In this document: piece after piece, positions 19,867 to 29,422 of the stretch | How the letters are laid out: each line of letters begins with the position of its first letter | Numbering within the stretch: position 1 is the first letter of the stretch | Assembly (NCBI GenBank): GCA_025993875.1 | Contig: JAMQHH010000028.1 | Location: 1 to 44,728 of the forward strand | Length of the DNA stretch: 44,728 bases | Reading direction: 5' to 3' | Source of the DNA: Candidatus Dojkabacteria bacterium | GTDB lineage: Bacteria > Patescibacteriota > Dojkabacteria > J137 | Notes under the pieces: model-generated | Database searches by the model: none | Seen by the model: the letters and a program-made list of their open reading frames with translations, nothing else | Told to the model about the DNA's origin: nothing | Program-made: the position numbers and the translations under genes

Positions 19867-20697
19867 TTAAAAAGTCACTTTAGAATCTTCCCAGGCTTTA
19901 TACAAAGACTCATTTAGTGAACCGGCGTCTATTGCTTGCAAGGGAGTTGTTAGTGAAATCTCGCCTGCTAAAACCGTTGCTGTTGGCCCTGCTTGTAAAA
20001 TTACAGCATCTAGAGTATTTTTTGAGCGAGAAATGTTTTTAAGTATCTCTTTATATTCGCTAAAAGCATTGCTTTCGGAAATTTCTATAAAAGCAGCACT
20101 TTTATGGCTTTTAATTATGCCATTTTCTATAAGAAATTTAAAAGATTTGCTCGTTTGCGGAGATTTAGGAGCTACAATTAATAAACGATTTTTTTCAAAC
20201 AGCTTTTTATATAGAGTAAGAATTTCGCCAATTGTGTTGTTTAAATACTCGTTGTAGTAAAACCCCAAAAAAAATAACGTTGCTTCTCCAAGTACTTTGC
20301 CGGAAAACATTTTTATAAATTGTTGATACTTTTCTTTGTAGAATTCATTTTGTTCTTTCCTAATTAAAACACCTATATCATTAGCATTGTGGAGGTTTTC
20401 AAAATAACTGTATGTTTTGCCCGTACGACCATATTTAACAATAATTTTATATTCGGTTTTTGTAATAAAATCATTATTAAAACCTATTAGAATTCTTGGA
20501 TTTTTTCTGACTAATACATTTTTAAGTTTTTCTTGAAGCTCCTCTGAGTAGGTTTGAAAATATATATCTTTTTTATCCAGCATCAATGTTAACTCTCCAT
20601 CTCCAAATCTTGCTATAGAAAGTTTATTATTCAGAAAGTATTTTAGCGATTCTAGCCTGCCTAGCTGTTTTATTGTTTTTCTTTGAGGAAAAAACAT
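19867..20697 (-). CDS. GT-D fold glycosyltransferase (DUF1792-like)
   Basis: SIARFGDGEL, FQTY...L, NAFSEY, AGPTATVLA, QAIDAG motifs. Confidence 0.8.
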   Translation of the reverse strand: MFFPQRKTIKQLGRLESLKYFLNNKLSIARFGDGELTLMLDKKDIYFQTYSEELQEKLKNVLVRKNPRILIGFNNDFITKTEYKIIVKYGRTGKTYSYFENLHNANDIGVLIRKEQNEFYKEKYQQFIKMFSGKVLGEATLFFLGFYYNEYLNNTIGEILTLYKKLFEKNRLLIVAPKSPQTSKSFKFLIENGIIKSHKSAAFIEISESNAFSEYKEILKNISRSKNTLDAVILQAGPTATVLAGEISLTTPLQAIDAGSLNESLYKAWEDSKVTF

Positions 20698-20701
20698 ATG
20701 G

Positions 20702-21397
20702 CTATTGTTTACACAAAAAAATTATCATTTCATCACCTTCCGGGATAATTAAGGGAATTGCTTTAGTTCTATCTACATATATTTCTGTAAATTTATGGCG
20801 AACTTTGCCCAAAATCTCTCTTACATCCCCGGGTTGTGATATTGCAATTGTATGCTTGCCGTAGGGCTCGTTTTCTAACGGGAAGCTTACATATATTGCC
20901 CCTTTAGGTTTTGTTACCCGTAAAAGTTCATTTATTACAGCTATCGGATCTAAGGTGTGTTCTAAAACATGTCTGCAATAAACAAAGTCAAAAGAATTAT
21001 CCGAAAACTCCAGTTTATGTAAATCTCCTTTTACAGCTTTGCGACCTAGGCTATTGCAATAATTAACATATTCATCAAAGAGCTCTACACCTATTACATC
21101 ATTGTAGCCTAACGAATTTAAAAACTCTATTGTCCATCCGTCACGACAACCTGCGTCTAAAATTTTAATGCTGTTTGCTTTTAACTGCCCTTTGTTAATG
21201 CCGATAGTCTCGTTTACTGGTAAATGTATACCTAATTTGATTAATTCTGGGATAATAAAGGTAAAAGATGATGCAATTTTTAGCCTAGAATCTAAAAATT
21301 CTTTTGGATCTGTCCTATACTGTAATTTTAAATATTCGCTCTTATTTGCCAGCTTGGAGGACTTATAAGATTTTTTACGTTTTAACAAATTTATCAT
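20702..21397 (-). CDS. Class I SAM-dependent methyltransferase
   Basis: ILDAGCRDG, GDLHKLEFSDNSFDFVYCRHVLEH, ELLRVTKPKG. Confidence 0.88.
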   Translation of the reverse strand: MINLLKRKKSYKSSKLANKSEYLKLQYRTDPKEFLDSRLKIASSFTFIIPELIKLGIHLPVNETIGINKGQLKANSIKILDAGCRDGWTIEFLNSLGYNDVIGVELFDEYVNYCNSLGRKAVKGDLHKLEFSDNSFDFVYCRHVLEHTLDPIAVINELLRVTKPKGAIYVSFPLENEPYGKHTIAISQPGDVREILGKVRHKFTEIYVDRTKAIPLIIPEGDEMIIFLCKQ

Positions 21398-21402
21398 GAA
21401 GT

Positions 21403-22680
21403 TTATTGCTTAATAAAATCCCATTTTTGATCCACATCGATAAATCCTTTTTCCATTACTTTGGAATTTGATTTAACTTTAAATACATAGTTTGCTTTTA
21501 TTTTGGCAAGTGTTTCAAAGGTTTTACTATTTCTAAAGGTAAGTGTCCCAAAAGTATAAACACCCGGGTTTAAATTGTGTTTTTCCATATACAGTGAAGC
21601 CCTATACTTCCCGGCAACAATATTTTCGAGCTTTATATTTAGATCACTAAAGGCATTAATGCAGTAGACGTCCAAATTGTCATCTCTTACAATAGGAAGA
21701 TTTATGCTTAAACCTTCTAACTTCTCTTTTACCTCAAAATCTATTACCACTTTTAAGCTCCCTTTAAGGTCTAAAACCTCTGTTTCATCTCCATTTTTAT
21801 CTTCAACTCCTATTTTTAAAAATCTTACATAATCGGAATCGAAATGTATTTTAAAGTCTCTGGAGTGAGATTCGTTCTCTCTTTTTAACTGCTTTAACCT
21901 TTCTTCTCTAGCAAGTTCTTCAAATTTTACAATTGTTTCGACAGTATCGCCATAGTGCAGTACCTGCCCTCTATCTATTAAAATTGCCTTCTGGCACAAA
22001 CTCCTAACCTGCTCAATATCGTGGCTTACAAAGAGTATTGCTTGTGCCTTGTTTCTATATTCTGCCATATATCTAAGACTTTTGTTTCTAAAGGAGATAT
22101 CTCCAACACTAAGTATTTCGTCCACTAACAAAATATCGGGTTCACAGTGGATAGCTATTGCAAATCCTAGTCTTACCCTCATTCCTGATGAATAAGTAGA
22201 AACAGGTGCATCTAAAAACTCATCAATTTCGGCAAACTGAACAATGGATTCGAATTTGTTTTTTATCTCATTTTTAGTCATTCCCAAAATAACGCCGTTT
22301 AGATAAATGTTTTCTCTACCAGACATATGTGGATGAAAACCCGCTCCAACGGCGATTAGCGATCCTACTTTCCCATTAATTGTAATTTTCCCTTTATCTG
22401 GTGGAAAAATCCCCGAAAGAACCCTTAACAAGGTTGATTTTCCCGAACCGTTTAATCCGAGTATACCTAATGTCTCACCTTTTTTTACTTCAAAACTTAT
22501 GTCTTTAAGCGCCCAAAACTCTCCTTTTCGCAATATTTCACTATCGTACTGCATTCCCAGCATGCTTCTTGCCATATCAATTGAGCCGTAATACATGCTT
22601 CGCTTTAAACTTTTTGTAAATTTTTTTGATAAATCTTCAACTTTGATTACTGTATCTTTTTCCAAGTCTTTAATATTCAT
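21403..22680 (-). CDS. wzt: Polysaccharide ABC transporter ATPase Wzt with C-terminal Wzt-C domain
   Basis: FWALKDISF, GLNGSGKST, GAGFHP, YSSGMRVRLGF, ~160 aa C-terminal extension. Confidence 0.92.
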   Translation of the reverse strand: MNIKDLEKDTVIKVEDLSKKFTKSLKRSMYYGSIDMARSMLGMQYDSEILRKGEFWALKDISFEVKKGETLGILGLNGSGKSTLLRVLSGIFPPDKGKITINGKVGSLIAVGAGFHPHMSGRENIYLNGVILGMTKNEIKNKFESIVQFAEIDEFLDAPVSTYSSGMRVRLGFAIAIHCEPDILLVDEILSVGDISFRNKSLRYMAEYRNKAQAILFVSHDIEQVRSLCQKAILIDRGQVLHYGDTVETIVKFEELAREERLKQLKRENESHSRDFKIHFDSDYVRFLKIGVEDKNGDETEVLDLKGSLKVVIDFEVKEKLEGLSINLPIVRDDNLDVYCINAFSDLNIKLENIVAGKYRASLYMEKHNLNPGVYTFGTLTFRNSKTFETLAKIKANYVFKVKSNSKVMEKGFIDVDQKWDFIKQ

Positions 22681-22698
22681 AAAAAGGTGGTTAAATTT

Positions 22699-23556
22699 TT
22701 AGATCATTTTCTCAATTACTCTATCTTCGGAAACAAAAAATATTCTCCAGGCAAACATAAAAAATATAAAAGATATAAAGGCTACAAAAATAAACCTTTC
22801 GGGATAAATTAATTGACCATAAATTATTAGATCTCTAACTCCTCCAATTAAATACGTTAACGGGTTTAACTCGACTGCTTTGTTTAAAAAACTACTATTA
22901 GTTTCAGTTGAATATACAATCGGGGTAATATAGAATACAAATCCTAAAACAACATTAACAATTTTAGGAATGTCGGGGAATACAACATTTATTACGCTAA
23001 TTATTAACCCCATACCTGCTGCAAGAAAAAGCATAGGAAGTACAAGCAAAGGAAAGAAAATTATTTTCCAGTCGGGAATAATGCTAAACAGTAACAAAAC
23101 TATAATATTAATAACAAAGGTAATTAAAAAATTGGCAAGATGCTGGGCTGTTTGTTTTACAAGTAGTGCTTCGTGAGGGTACTTTACCTGATTAATAAAC
23201 CCAATCCCTGCATTAAGCGTATCCGATGCAGAGGTGTAAAATCCCATAAATAACCCCCAAAGGGAAGAACCTAACAATACATATGCCGGATATGGAACTC
23301 CTACATCTCCCGGATTCAAAATTCCTGTTGCATTCATTAAAACCCAGGAAATAATTCCAACAATAGGGGAAATCAAAATCCAACTTATTCCGATTAGAGA
23401 TTTTCGATATGTTGCAAAAAAGTCTCTCTTAAAAAGCTCAATAATAAGCTCTTTTGACTTTAGAATATTTTTTAACATTATTACCCAGGTTTGGAAAAAC
23501 CCAATCTTTAGCCTGTAGTTTGGATAATATATTGTTTGTTCCTTTTGAGTTTTCAT
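22699..23556 (-). CDS. wzm: Polysaccharide ABC transporter permease Wzm
   Basis: RDFFATYRKSLIGISW, FYITPIVYS, LNPLT motifs; six TM; adjacent to wzt. Confidence 0.92.
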   Translation of the reverse strand: MKTQKEQTIYYPNYRLKIGFFQTWVIMLKNILKSKELIIELFKRDFFATYRKSLIGISWILISPIVGIISWVLMNATGILNPGDVGVPYPAYVLLGSSLWGLFMGFYTSASDTLNAGIGFINQVKYPHEALLVKQTAQHLANFLITFVINIIVLLLFSIIPDWKIIFFPLLVLPMLFLAAGMGLIISVINVVFPDIPKIVNVVLGFVFYITPIVYSTETNSSFLNKAVELNPLTYLIGGVRDLIIYGQLIYPERFIFVAFISFIFFMFAWRIFFVSEDRVIEKMI

Positions 23557-23841
23557 TTGATGAAATTTTCAAAAAACTATTTCTATTTATATAAATTCTT
23601 GTTCCCCATAGAGGGAGTTTTTGAAGAGATTAGTTAATAAATATTTAATGCATGTATAAAGGATAAGCTTAAAAACATTATTATAATAATAGCAAAGATA
23701 AATAAAAATTAAAAATTTCTTATCGGCAATATCATTGTAATTCTTAACATAAGGTATAATACTCATAATTTGCAAAATGCTATTCCAGGAATTGTAAGTT
23801 CGTTTGTGCTAAATTGTCTGAAGAAATTAGATTAAGTAAGT

Positions 23842-24837
23842 ATGAAAAATATTCTAGTTACCGGCGGGGCCGGATATATAGGTTCTCACATGGTTTTAGA
23901 ACTTGTCAATAAGGGCTATACTCCTGTTATTCTAGATAATTTTTCTAATTCTACCAGGCAAAATATTTTTACAATTGAAAAAATAACAGGGGCAAAATTA
24001 GAGGTGGTAGAATGGGATCTTAAAACTCCACTAGACAGCATAAAGTTACCTAAAATTGACTGTATTGTGCACTTTGGTGCGTTAAAGGCCGTTGGAGAAT
24101 CGGTCGAAAAACCTATTGAGTACTATCGAAATAACGTTACAGGTTCAATTAATTTAATAAGTTACGCCAAAAAAAAAGAAATAAAAAATATAGTTTTCTC
24201 TTCTACTGCAGCTGTTTACGGAAATCCTCCCACCAAACAGGTAAACGAGGATACTCCCACAAACCCAGTGTCCCCATATGCATTTTCTAAACTGGTGATT
24301 GAAAGGGTTTTAAATGACTCAAGCCTAGCCTATGGGTTAAATGTTGTGGTTTTTAGATATTTTAATGTGGCCGGGAATGTCGAAAATGGACTAATTGGAG
24401 ATACACAGCTCACCTGCCAAAATTTAATTCCCTCAATAATTCTTTCTCATTTAGGAATTAGAAAAACAGAGCTTAATGTATATGGTAATGATTATCCTAC
24501 TAGGGACGGCACTGGTGTTAGAGATTACATCCATGTTTTGGATCTTATTGATGCACACATAAGGGCGATAGATTTTCTTGAAGAAAATGCTGGTTTTCAT
24601 CAGTTTAACCTTGGCACCGGCAAAGGGTTTTCGGTTTTAGAAATTATTAATAAGTTCGAAGAAATTTCCAAACAGAAGGTGAAATATAAAGTTGTAGAAA
24701 GAAGACCAGGCGACATTTCTCAAATAACAACGGATTCTTCCAAGGCACTAAAAACACTTGGCTGGAAAGCTAAAAGAGATCTTTGCGAGATGATTGAGTC
24801 TTCCTATAAGTGGTATAAAAGCAATTTTATATACTAG
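23842..24837 (+). CDS. galE: UDP-glucose 4-epimerase
   Basis: TGGAGYIGSH, KAVGESVEKP, SSTAAVYG, YAFSK, RYFN, DGTGVRDYIHV. Confidence 0.95.
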   Translation: MKNILVTGGAGYIGSHMVLELVNKGYTPVILDNFSNSTRQNIFTIEKITGAKLEVVEWDLKTPLDSIKLPKIDCIVHFGALKAVGESVEKPIEYYRNNVTGSINLISYAKKKEIKNIVFSSTAAVYGNPPTKQVNEDTPTNPVSPYAFSKLVIERVLNDSSLAYGLNVVVFRYFNVAGNVENGLIGDTQLTCQNLIPSIILSHLGIRKTELNVYGNDYPTRDGTGVRDYIHVLDLIDAHIRAIDFLEENAGFHQFNLGTGKGFSVLEIINKFEEISKQKVKYKVVERRPGDISQITTDSSKALKTLGWKAKRDLCEMIESSYKWYKSNFIY

Positions 24838-24884
24838 ACAGAAATTATTGCTCCATCGTATGCCAGGCGCAAGACAGTGTAAGT

Positions 24885-25211
24885 TTATTTTTTCCGTTTA
24901 GATAGTATCTCGATTGCTTTATAAGTAAGATCGTTAAATTTTTGCTGCTTTAGCATTGGCCTCTCAATAACATTTATAACTATATTGATTAGCTTTTGGT
25001 GCAAAAAACCTTTTATACGGCCTAAAATTCCTTTTCGAGATCTTGTCTTTTGGCTATATATGCCCGAAAGAATTTCTTTTGAATTTTCCATTCCGGGGAG
25101 AATGTAACTTATTAACATCTCCTCCTCGCTTTGAGGTTTGTTATCTATAGTTTCTCCCTGCGATTCTAAAAGCTTAGCAGTTTTAGCTAAAAATTTTTCT
25201 GCGTTTTCCAT
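24885..25211 (-). CDS. Hypothetical helical protein
   Basis: 108 aa; last gene of the minus-strand run 27533-24885; amphipathic helices ending QQKFN. Confidence 0.65.
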   Translation of the reverse strand: MENAEKFLAKTAKLLESQGETIDNKPQSEEEMLISYILPGMENSKEILSGIYSQKTRSRKGILGRIKGFLHQKLINIVINVIERPMLKQQKFNDLTYKAIEILSKRKK

Positions 25212-25227
25212 AAAAATGATCTAAAAA

Positions 25228-26292
25228 CTATCTAATGGCAATTTGTGTTAACCCATAAAGCTCTGGTACCTCCATAAATGAACCGTTATTGTACTCATAC
25301 CAGCTATCTTCTTCTCCTTTAAACAGAAATTTACTACTCTCGTTGCTGATACTGCAATAATATACCGGGTTTAGGTTAGGAATTGTTTGCAATGTAACAG
25401 TTTCTTCTTTACTCGAATTTATCAGCAAAAAAGTAATTGCATTGTTATTAACAGAAGATGCAATTAACCCTCCAAAACTGCCTTTGCAAAGTAAAGTCAC
25501 ATCGGAATATATTTCGGTCGATTCTTTTGATTTTAAATCTATCTGATAAATACCTGATTTGTTGTTATCTAAATTACCCGAAAGATAAAGTTTATCCTCC
25601 AAAAAGATTGCAATATCTCCAACAGATTTTACCTGTTCGGAAATGCTTGAATAATTTAGGCTCCAAACAACTCTGCCTGTTTCCGTTGCTAAATAAATTT
25701 TTTCAGTATCTTTGAAAACTAAGGAAAAATTTTCTTCAAAGGTGGTGCTCCCAATAAGTATAGATTCGGGTACGCGCAAAACTTTTATTATTTCTCCCCC
25801 TGAATTTAAGCTCAGTCTGTGAAGCCATTTATCCGATCCATCACCTTGTAAAAAAAATATTTTATTACTATCTTTCCACAAATATTTTGAAACTCCCTTG
25901 CCGGCAAAAGAATATGAAGTTAATTTTTGAAGCTCTCTTTTAGAGAGATTATACAAATAAAGATCGAATACTCCGCTCTCCTGCCCTAAAATAGAGAGAT
26001 AATTACTTTCTGGCGACCATTGGGGATTAATCCATTCCCTTTTTTCTAATGATGCTGTTAATTCCTCCCCGTTTTCTGTTTTTAAAATCAAGGTATCTTG
26101 GCTAGATGTTCCTGCGTAAGAGTAATAAGTTTCTTCACTTTCCGACAGGTTAATAGAGTTAACCGGATAGCTTGAAATGCCTTTGGTGCCACTTATAAGG
26201 ATAATAGTTTGAGATGATCCTAAAGCGTTAATAATAAAGACAATGCAAATAACAATACTTATAATAGCTGTAACTAAATATGTTTTCCTCAT
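25228..26292 (-). CDS. Membrane-anchored TolB-like beta-propeller protein
   Basis: N-terminal TM, NPQWSPES, FDLYLYNL, LQKLT repeats. Confidence 0.65.
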   Translation of the reverse strand: MRKTYLVTAIISIVICIVFIINALGSSQTIILISGTKGISSYPVNSINLSESEETYYSYAGTSSQDTLILKTENGEELTASLEKREWINPQWSPESNYLSILGQESGVFDLYLYNLSKRELQKLTSYSFAGKGVSKYLWKDSNKIFFLQGDGSDKWLHRLSLNSGGEIIKVLRVPESILIGSTTFEENFSLVFKDTEKIYLATETGRVVWSLNYSSISEQVKSVGDIAIFLEDKLYLSGNLDNNKSGIYQIDLKSKESTEIYSDVTLLCKGSFGGLIASSVNNNAITFLLINSSKEETVTLQTIPNLNPVYYCSISNESSKFLFKGEEDSWYEYNNGSFMEVPELYGLTQIAIR

Positions 26293-26886
26293 TTAAGGAT
26301 TAAAAATTAAATTAATAATATCAACTACCAGCCCAACATAGTTTAGTCGGTCCTCGCTCTCATTATCGGGCATAAAACCTTCAGTGTAAATACCTTTACT
26401 GTTACATATAAAAGAAGATGTAATAAGATTAGGTTTTGAACCTACGATAATAAATTTATGAATTAAAGCATCGCTTTGAATTTTAGTGCAGAATTCTATG
26501 ATAGAATTGTAAAAAAGCTCTTTTTCTACATAATCCGGTTTGGGAACAAAACTCGAGGCATTTTCTCCAATGTTTACCAAATAAAGCTTGGTAATAATTT
26601 TTTTTTCAATAAGCTCTTTTCCTCTATCTAACAGGTTTGTACTATCTCTAGCCAAAATAACAGCGGTGTTAAATTCGGGATTTAACTTATAAATTTCAGT
26701 AACAATTTTATTACTGTAAGATATCGAAACAGTTATAACTGCGACTAAAACGGTAAAAAAGAGTCCTGTTACAACGGGCAACATTATTTTTAAAATTCTT
26801 TTGGAGTTAAAAAATTTATCCCTTAAAATTAAACTTTGCGATCGCAATTTACGCAAAAAAATTTTAGGTTTGTTTCTAGTGTTCAT
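26293..26886 (-). CDS. Membrane-anchored hypothetical protein, possibly a degenerate SanA/DUF218 fold
   Basis: Basic N-terminus, TM helix, then NTAVILA...LLDRGKELI...LYLV loosely resembling DUF218. Confidence 0.5.
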   Translation of the reverse strand: MNTRNKPKIFLRKLRSQSLILRDKFFNSKRILKIMLPVVTGLFFTVLVAVITVSISYSNKIVTEIYKLNPEFNTAVILARDSTNLLDRGKELIEKKIITKLYLVNIGENASSFVPKPDYVEKELFYNSIIEFCTKIQSDALIHKFIIVGSKPNLITSSFICNSKGIYTEGFMPDNESEDRLNYVGLVVDIINLIFNP

Positions 26887-27533
26887 TTCTTGTAAATTCT
26901 ATAAATATTTTGTTGTGAATTTTTTCCGTCTGCTCTAAAAGTTTTAATTGGCTTTATGCCAAGTTCCTCCTCTATTTTTTCAATTTCTGCTATGTCTGTA
27001 AAATGGCAAAATCTTGTGGCTCCATTGTTACCAAATGAAAGGATATAATTATTATCACCAAGGGATTTAATAATGCCTTTATTTGCTGCTGGGTTTGTTT
27101 CGAACTGCCAATATGATATGGCAACTATCCCATTTTTGTTAACCAGCTCAAGACTTTTTTTGATAAGGTACTGTCTCTCCTTTTCGCTTTTTAAATGATG
27201 TGTAATCCCAAAAGCCACTATAAGGTTAAAATTCGGATTCTGAATTTCCCACTTTGAATTTAAATCTATCATTTTAAGTTCAAAAGATTTTGAAAGTGAA
27301 TAATATTTTTTGCAGATATTAAGTAATTGTTTCGAAAAATCAATGCCTAAATAGCTTTTTATAGGGAACCCCGCCTCTGATGCCCATAGCAAAAACCTGC
27401 CGTTTCCGCAGGCCAAATCTAAAATTTTTAGTTCTCCCAGACTATGAATGTAAGGTCTTAGCTCTTTCCAACCTTCCCAGCCGTACTTTCTGGTTTGAGA
27501 AAACTGGCGGGCAAATTTAGAGTAAAGATTCAT
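26883..27533 (-). CDS. Trm9/ALKBH8-like tRNA (carboxymethyluridine-34) methyltransferase
   Basis: LYSKFARQFSQTRKYGW, LDLACGNGRF, ITHHLKSEKER, AISYW, RFCH; head-to-head with elp3. Start ATG 27533. Confidence 0.7.
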   Translation of the reverse strand: MNLYSKFARQFSQTRKYGWEGWKELRPYIHSLGELKILDLACGNGRFLLWASEAGFPIKSYLGIDFSKQLLNICKKYYSLSKSFELKMIDLNSKWEIQNPNFNLIVAFGITHHLKSEKERQYLIKKSLELVNKNGIVAISYWQFETNPAANKGIIKSLGDNNYILSFGNNGATRFCHFTDIAEIEKIEEELGIKPIKTFRADGKNSQQNIYRIYKK

Positions 27534-27539
27534 ACTTAC

Positions 27540-27592
27540 ATTATACATAAGTAACCAGCTTTTACTAACAACATGCAAGGTCGTGCTAAAAT
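27540..27592. promoter_or_regulatory. Back-to-back -10 elements, each 6 nt from an ATG (divergent leaderless promoters)
   Basis: Minus strand: TATAAT (27545-27540)-N6-ATG 27533. Plus strand: TGCTAAAAT (27584-27592)-N6-ATG 27599. Confidence 0.6.
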
Positions 27593-27598
27593 CGATAT

Positions 27599-29353
27599 AT
27601 GCAGAATAAAAACAATATTGCTAAGCTGGTAGGGCTTTTAATAAAAAACCCCAATTTTACAAAAAAAGAGCTTGATGGTTATTTAAAGATCTTTACCCGA
27701 GATAACGGAGAGCTTTTTTCGAGAGACGAGATAATTTTAGAACTAAATAAAAATTCTGCCCAAACCAAACACATTGTTAACAGATTAAAGCTAAAGCCAA
27801 CCAGAACAATTTCCGGGGTTACTACAGTCACAGTGCTTACAATGCCCTTTGCATGCCCGGGAAAGTGCATATTTTGCCCCAACGATGTTCGAATGCCTAA
27901 AAGCTACATTGCAAGCGAGCCGGGTGCTCAGCGAGCGCTAATGTTTAGATTTGACCCTTTTACGCAGGTGTATAACAGACTTCTGGCATATAAAAATATA
28001 GGGCACCCAACAGATAAGGTGGAGCTTTTGGTTTTGGGAGGGACATGGTCCTATTATCCCGAAAAATATAGAGTCTGGTTTATTAAGGAGTGTTTTAGAG
28101 CGATGAATCTTTTTGGAACCGTAAAAAAGGATGGTATCCAGAATGAATATCTAAATGTAAGGGAGTATTTAAAGTCCGATTATAATAAGGCTCTAAGAGA
28201 TAAAGAAGGTGATAAACCCTATAACCAACTTATTCAAACAAAAAATTACAAGAAAGATTTTGAAGATAGGCTGGTATTAAAAGGTAACTGGAAAGATAGC
28301 CAGTTAAAAGATTTAAAATCCGATCTGGTAAATGAGCAAAATATTAACTCAAATGCTCAAACAAGATGTGTGGGACTAGTTTTAGAAACACGCCCCGATT
28401 GTATAAATAAATCGGAAGTTTACTCTTTACGAGAGCTTGGAGCAACAAAAATTCAGCTTGGGGTACAAACGCTGGACGATTCTATTAGCATTTTAAACAA
28501 AAGAGGCGAAACTAGATCAAACGTTGAATCTGCATTTTCTCTTTTGCGGGCTGCAGGCTTTAAAATTCATGCACATATAATGCCAAATCTTTATGGTGCC
28601 ACCCCCGAAAAGGATTTTGAGGTTTACAAGGAACTTTTCGATAACCCAGATTTTAAACCCGATGAGCTTAAAATTTACCCGACATCAATTATAAGGGATA
28701 CTGAAAATTACACACTTTTTAAAGAAGGAAAATATAAGCCGTACACTTTAATTCAGTTAAGTAATCTTCTGGCCGATTGTATTGAATATACTCCCGAGTA
28801 CTGTAGACTAACCAGAATTATAAGAGATATCCCTTCGCAAGAAATTGAAGGCGGAAACAAGGTAACGAATTTAAGGCAGGTAGTGGAAAAGAAATTAAAA
28901 CTGGAAAAAAGAGTAGATAAAAATATTAGAGCTAGAGAGATAAAAAATACAATGGTAACCGAAGAAGATTTGTTCTTAGACATTTTGGAATACCAGGCAG
29001 CCGGATCAAAAGAGTATTTTTTGCAGTTTATTACACAAAAAAGAAAAATTGCGGGGTTTTTAAGGCTTTCTATTCCAAAAGAATTGGTAAATCCAGTAAC
29101 ACCCGAACTGGACGGGTGCGCAATTATCAGGGAGGTGCATGTTTATGGGCCTAGTCTAGAGCTGCAAAGCAATTCCAGAGGCGAAGCACAGCATTTAGGC
29201 CTTGGAACAAGGCTAATCGATAAGGCTAAATCTATGGCCATCGAAAACGGATTTAACAAAATTGCGGTTATCTCCTCTATTGGGACTAGGGAGTATTACA
29301 AAAAGAGGGGGTTTGAGTTAAAGAGTTTGTATCAAATAGGGAAAACTACATAG
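27599..29353 (+). CDS. elp3: Elp3 tRNA uridine-34 carboxymethyltransferase (radical SAM + KAT)
   Basis: KPTRTISGV, CPGKCIFCP, PKSY..EPG, GGTW, ETRPD, PDELKIYP, RIIRDIP, IREVHVYG, QHLGLG, ISSIGTREYYKKRGF. Confidence 0.95.
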   Translation: MQNKNNIAKLVGLLIKNPNFTKKELDGYLKIFTRDNGELFSRDEIILELNKNSAQTKHIVNRLKLKPTRTISGVTTVTVLTMPFACPGKCIFCPNDVRMPKSYIASEPGAQRALMFRFDPFTQVYNRLLAYKNIGHPTDKVELLVLGGTWSYYPEKYRVWFIKECFRAMNLFGTVKKDGIQNEYLNVREYLKSDYNKALRDKEGDKPYNQLIQTKNYKKDFEDRLVLKGNWKDSQLKDLKSDLVNEQNINSNAQTRCVGLVLETRPDCINKSEVYSLRELGATKIQLGVQTLDDSISILNKRGETRSNVESAFSLLRAAGFKIHAHIMPNLYGATPEKDFEVYKELFDNPDFKPDELKIYPTSIIRDTENYTLFKEGKYKPYTLIQLSNLLADCIEYTPEYCRLTRIIRDIPSQEIEGGNKVTNLRQVVEKKLKLEKRVDKNIRAREIKNTMVTEEDLFLDILEYQAAGSKEYFLQFITQKRKIAGFLRLSIPKELVNPVTPELDGCAIIREVHVYGPSLELQSNSRGEAQHLGLGTRLIDKAKSMAIENGFNKIAVISSIGTREYYKKRGFELKSLYQIGKTT

Positions 29354-29407
29354 TATCATTGCAAAGATGGTATCTTACTTTAAAAATTCGTTAAGAATTT
29401 TACAAAA

Positions 29408-29416
29408 TGATATAAT
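29408..29416 (+). promoter_or_regulatory. Extended -10 element, probable leaderless start of the speD-like gene
   Basis: TGATATAAT followed by 6 nt and ATG 29423. Confidence 0.6.
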
Positions 29417-29422
29417 ATAAAA

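Noticed and set aside
23587-23775. 62 aa ORF between wzm and galE, and an ops/JUMPstart element
   Set aside because: Very AT-rich divergent promoter region, the ORF has no protein-like features, and no GGCGGTAG was seen.
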